Positions 28,217-32,000 of a DNA stretch of 32,000 nt are shown in pieces. The number at the start of each line of letters is the position of its first letter. The first letter of the stretch is position 1. The position numbers and the translations under genes are program-made. The notes under the pieces were generated by a model. That model saw only the letters and a list, made by a program, of their open reading frames with translations. It had not been told where the DNA came from and ran no database searches. Location of the stretch: contig OZ246420.1 in the NCBI GenBank assembly GCA_965231145.1, positions 780,001-812,000 of the forward strand. The letters run 5' to 3'. The DNA is from Candidatus Saccharimonadota bacterium (GTDB lineage Bacteria > Patescibacteriota > Gracilibacteria > Absconditabacterales > Absconditicoccaceae).

Positions 28217-29383
28217 TTACTTTTTCAACACGAACGTTCCCACAAAATGCGCCCCTTTGCTCATATCGCGTCACTCTGGCATCCAGTCATATCTTTTGTT
28301 CGGCTGATGTACGACTTCTCTTTCACCGTTATCATACAAAACAAGCTGCATATCTAAGTATTGTGCATTATTTCTTACTTTACTACCACCGTGGCCATGT
28401 CAGCTCAATTCACTATCTGGAGAAGCTGTAGTATAGCCATCTTCATAAAAGTTTTCATAGGAATCTGCCGTACGTTTAACTCATGGCCCATAATCTCCAA
28501 TAGCGAAATGTAACAATATCTCTCCCGTTGTTACCTCCTGCTCTGGCACAATGGTTATATATCATACTCATCCTCCATGAGAATGAACATTTTTCAAAAT
28601 CTCATTATATATTCACATAAGCGGCGCGGCTATATCTTTATTTTCAATATATCATGAAATAATGGGATCTTCAGAAAGATATTTTACTCGTTTATAGGTA
28701 AGTTCTCACCATGCTTCAGCATCTTTTACCTCAAAGCCATAATCAAAGTCTCTCTTCACTATAAAATTTTCTTTTAACGGCAACAGCATGCTTCCTACGA
28801 AATGAACCCCTTGAGACATATCTATTTCTTGTGGTTCCCACTTATACTCGTTCAATGCGTTATGCAATAGAAATGGTTGACCATTATTATACATCATAAG
28901 ATGCATTTCTAATCACTCAGCAAGTCCCTGAATAATTCCTCATCCAATCCCATAGGTTCCTTCTATACGATCTCTCTCAAATCTTTCTTTTCAATCTTCT
29001 CACCCCAAAAAATTTTTCTCTAAAGAAAATCCTCTTTCCATAGGCATCCCTTTACCAAAATCTCCTTCTACAATATGCAATATATCTTTCCCTGTAAGTG
29101 GCTCTCTTTCTCGTTCAAATGATATATAACCTCTTCCACCTCAGTGAAATCTGATATTTTTCAATATCTCTACCACAAAACTTACCAACATTACGTAAGA
29201 CACCTCCATATCATAACTTTCATGTATCTTTTTGCACTCTATCTTAATCACCTCTCTTATCTGTTTATAAACATCTTCCTCATTTTTTTCTTTTTGCAAA
29301 AAATCTACCTCTATGTGAAATGGCTCTATAGGAAGTTTTTTCCCATTGTCTTCGTTTTCGAATCTGGGTTTATTGATCATCAA
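28217..29383 (-). CDS. hypothetical protein with an internal tandem duplication, Gly-rich (388 aa)
   Basis: ATG 29383 to TAA 28217-28219 (1167 nt). It fuses ORFs 29141-29383 and 28706-28906 with unlisted parts across 13 in-frame TGAs. Two modules share EILKN(I/V)..HGGG.GYI...E..TG.ILH...GD(F/Y)G.G ... (Y)(N/D)NG ... DMS.G.HFVG. Confidence 0.65.
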
Positions 29384-29440
29384 AAAAACGTATAATCTAA
29401 ATTTCAGAGATTATACGCTATATACATATAGAGTCAATAC

Positions 29441-30184
29441 TTAAAACAGTTCGTCCTCCTTCTCTTCAGACGCATTATCATGCGTCCCTGCATCTTGCGA
29501 TACAGGCTCAACTCTTCGGTCAATAGGAGTGAGACCTTGCTTCTCAAGGTACTCATTTGCTTTGCTGAAATGCTGACAACCGAAGAAACCAGAATGCACC
29601 GAAAAAGGCGATGGATGCGGAGCTTCCAGCACTAAGTGTTTTGATGTATCGATGAGCACCTTCTTCCCTCTGGCAAAATTTCCCCAGAGCATAAAGACAA
29701 CATGCTCCTTTTCTTGGCTTATGTGTCTAATGACTGCGTCAGTAAATTGTTGCCAGCCAAGTTGCTGATGAGATGCTGGTGTGTTTGCACGCACTGTCAG
29801 GATTGCATTGAGCAGCAACACTCACTGCTCTGCCCGATAGGTCAGATCACCGCTTGTGGGAATAGAAATTCATAGATCCTCATGGATCTCTTTATACATA
29901 TTTTTCAGCGATGGCGGTGGCGTTACTCACTTCGGTACGCTAAATGATAAACCCATCGCCTGACCAGGTCCGTGATACGGATCCTGTCAGAGAATCACGA
30001 CTTTCACGCGATCGAAGGGCGTGGTATTGAGAGCGTTGAAAATAAGCGGTGCGGGAGGGAAAATAGTATATTGTTTTTTTTCTTCAAGAAGTTTATTTTT
30101 GATCTCACCAAAATAAGCTTGGGAAAACTCCCCTTCCAGCACTTTTTTCCACGATGCTTCTATCTGCACGTCACTCATGACCAT
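29441..30184 (-). CDS. ung: uracil-DNA glycosylase (family 1)
   Basis: ORFs 29987-30184 and 29441-29821 are joined across TGAs (247 aa). Motifs include [22 protein letters not shown] (the Gly of GQDPYH is TGA 29987-29989), HPSPFS and GFFGCQHFSKAN. It has an acidic C-terminal tail. Confidence 0.92.
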
Positions 30185-30192
30185 AAATTAGG

Positions 30193-30819
30193 TTATAAAT
30201 TGATTACTTTGAGAATGCGATCAAAAACCTCCTCTACAGTTCACTTTGCATCGATGTTGATCCGCTTATTTCCCCGGATAGCAAGCTTTGATGATCTCCT
30301 ATATCACTCTGTCACTTTTTCAAAAAATTCTACTCCCATCTGTTCAAATTTATCACCATCAGCATCAAACGTTCTATCGAGTGCATGTTTCACCTCCGAA
30401 TCAAGGTATACTACCTTATCGGGCAACAGATCGCTGATAGCTGCATGGTTAATTGCGAGGACTTTATCAAGTCCAAGACCTCTTGCCCGCCCCTGATACG
30501 CCAATGATGAGACAAATGATCTGTCAGCTATTACTATGCCTCCGGCGTCGACCGTTGGTTTAATGAGCGTCTTCAACAGCTGCGCGCGAGCTGCAGCATA
30601 CAGATACGCTTCACAGATAGGATCCATAAGCTCATCAAATTGTGTTGCCTGTGCAAGTTTTCTAATTGCTTCTGCGATACCAGTTGATCCTGGTTCACGC
30701 ACATGGATGATCTTTTTCTCAGGATATTTCTGCAGCAAATACTCATACAGCCTTGCTGACTGCGTCGATTTTCCTGAACCAACTATTCATTCAAACACAA
30801 TGTACATAGACGAACTCAT
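30193..30819 (-). CDS. tmk: thymidylate kinase
   Basis: ATG 30819 (or 30807) to TAA 30193-30195 (208 aa). The P-loop is YIVFEGIVGSGKSTQ, with the Gly of FEG encoded by TGA 30787-30789. It also has DRSFVSSLAYQG. Confidence 0.9.
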
Positions 30820-30843
30820 AGTCAATGAATAAAGAATAGCGCC

Positions 30844-31437
30844 TTATTGTTTTTCTGTTTCATACTTCATCCTTTTCTGGAGATAGCATCTACCACAAAC
30901 TGACTGATAGGTAATACGAACATCGCTACCATCGATCTGCACCTGTTCGCCGCTAAAGACTGGGATGCTATCAATGCTTCTTATATTACAAATAGCTTTT
31001 TTGCCACACTCACAGATGGTTTTCATTTCTTCAAGCTCATGCGCAATTTCTAGAAGTCTTGTACTTCCCGGAAAACCTTCCATTTGAAAATCAGTGCGCA
31101 GCCCATAGCAGATGACTGGTATGTTATCTATCGACGCTAAGCGAAAAAGCTGGTCAACTTGTTTCTTTGTGCAAAACTGCGCTTCATCCACAAGTATGCA
31201 ATAGACGAGTGGCTGCTGCGAAACCACTTCTACGAGGTCATCCTCTTCCGAAAATACGACATCCACTTTTCTTTGGATACCAAGTCTTGAAACGAGCATA
31301 TCTTCTCCTTTCGTATCTTTACCTGGTTTCATCACTAAGACCCTCATATTTCTTTCTTCATAATTGTGGGCTACCTGCAAAAGAGCCGTCGATTTTCCAG
31401 CATTCATCGCACTATAACGGAAATACAGCTTCGCCAT
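30844..31437 (-). CDS. tdk: thymidine kinase
   Basis: Intact 197-aa ORF with no TGA. It has the P-loop MNAGKST, VDEAQF and the zinc ribbon CECG...CGRC. Confidence 0.93.
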   Translation of the reverse strand: MAKLYFRYSAMNAGKSTALLQVAHNYEERNMRVLVMKPGKDTKGEDMLVSRLGIQRKVDVVFSEEDDLVEVVSQQPLVYCILVDEAQFCTKKQVDQLFRLASIDNIPVICYGLRTDFQMEGFPGSTRLLEIAHELEEMKTICECGKKAICNIRSIDSIPVFSGEQVQIDGSDVRITYQSVCGRCYLQKRMKYETEKQ

Positions 31438-31566
31438 TTCTTCTTAACTCCTAAGACGGTAAAAGGATATTACAGCCAGCTTAGAGATCCTGGCTTTTAT
31501 TTCAATTGGAGCTTTATAAAACTATTTCCTACACTTTTTGGCTTATTTCTAAGGCAATTCAAAATA

Positions 31567-31594
31567 TTGACTTCACATGGCGTTCTGTTATAAT
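31567..31594 (+). promoter_or_regulatory. putative sigma70-like promoter with extended -10
   Basis: TTGACT (31567-72), 16 nt, TGtTATAAT (31586-94). It lies 30 nt upstream of ATG 31625. Confidence 0.55.
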
Positions 31595-31624
31595 ACTCAT
31601 TCACATTAAAATATATATCTATTT

Positions 31625-32000
31625 ATGAAATCGTTATTTATCATTGCCATCGTTCTTTGTATCACAGGACTCAGTTACACTCCTGCCCACGCACAAATAC
31701 GCTGCAAAGACAAAGGGAAAAAATTAGTCGTCTTTATTCACAAAGACGGTACATCTGACACCCTGTGTCTGCTTGCAAGCGACATCATTACGGACACAAT
31801 AAAGTATTCCCAACGCGAAATAAATATGGGAGAAAACGCATACAACTATAACCCGAGATTCATAAATATGATTCTCGACAGTTCAGATAACGACAACCAT
31901 ATTATCGTATTTTCTAAATACGCTTATGCAAAACAAGACCATAGATCGACGCCTTTCGATATAAGCATGGAACAACAGTCGTTAGCTCATAACACCTGGG
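31625..32000 (+). CDS. secreted hypothetical protein, N-terminal fragment (continues past window end)
   Basis: ATG 31625 begins MKSLFIIAIVLCITGLSYTPAHA|QIRC.., a signal peptide. The frame is open to the window edge. Confidence 0.6.
   Translation, partial: MKSLFIIAIVLCITGLSYTPAHAQIRCKDKGKKLVVFIHKDGTSDTLCLLASDIITDTIKYSQREINMGENAYNYNPRFINMILDSSDNDNHIIVFSKYAYAKQDHRSTPFDISMEQQSLAHNTW

Noticed and set aside
1-32000. Massive pseudogenisation: most genes are split by in-frame TGA in the standard-code ORF track.
   Set aside because: The breaks are exclusively TGA and never TAA or TAG. There are no frameshifts. The TGAs sit on conserved Gly positions, and every gene ends in TAA or TAG. Recoding explains all of this.
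1-32000. Translation table 4 (UGA = Trp, Mycoplasma-like) as the explanation.
   Set aside because: The aligned positions I can judge are invariant Gly, not Trp. They are prepilin G-1, GQDPYH, CPVCxGxPG, FEG-P-loop, GGDP and GEGG-LSGGQ. TGG is also still used for Trp.
1-32000. tRNA or rRNA genes.
   Set aside because: No T-arm (GGTTCGAnTCC-like) plus acceptor architecture and no rRNA-like conserved blocks were seen on either strand. This was a visual scan only, so a divergent tRNA could have been missed.

Overview
This AT-rich, gene-dense bacterial window reads coherently only if UGA encodes glycine (NCBI table 25, known from Absconditabacteria/SR1 and Gracilibacteria in the Patescibacteria/CPR). 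Nearly every fragmented ORF in the standard-code track fuses into a full-length gene across in-frame TGAs. Those TGAs fall on conserved Gly residues, including the prepilin -1 Gly, Ung GQDPYH, GatB CPVCxGxPGxLP, the Tmk P-loop and YebC GGDP. All ~40 genes end in TAA or TAG. Housekeeping genes recognised: MsbA-type ABC exporter, yraN, truB, yebC, RNase P RNA, secG, a family-5 substrate-binding protein, gatB, serS, xseB, lgt, sufC, a short sufD-like gene, rsmE, ung, tmk and tdk. A type IV pilus module is present (pilN-like, pilO-like, pilC, pilin). There are several secreted or anchored proteins of unknown function. Accessory genes include a standalone ABC-ATPase + TOPRIM (OLD/PARIS-like) candidate defence gene, a RAYT-like HUH transposase with GTAG-hairpin (REP-like) elements inside its own ORF and elsewhere in the window, a 45-aa KAAKK histone-like protein, and a 388-aa internally duplicated protein with 13 UGA codons. 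The least expected feature is a family of AT-rich intergenic hairpins with 7-nt periodic arms, found only between co-directional genes. Near-identical single arms lie inside rsmE. No tRNA, rRNA or CRISPR array was seen. All calls come from reading the sequence by eye, with no database search. Hairpin and promoter coordinates are approximate (about +/-2 nt).
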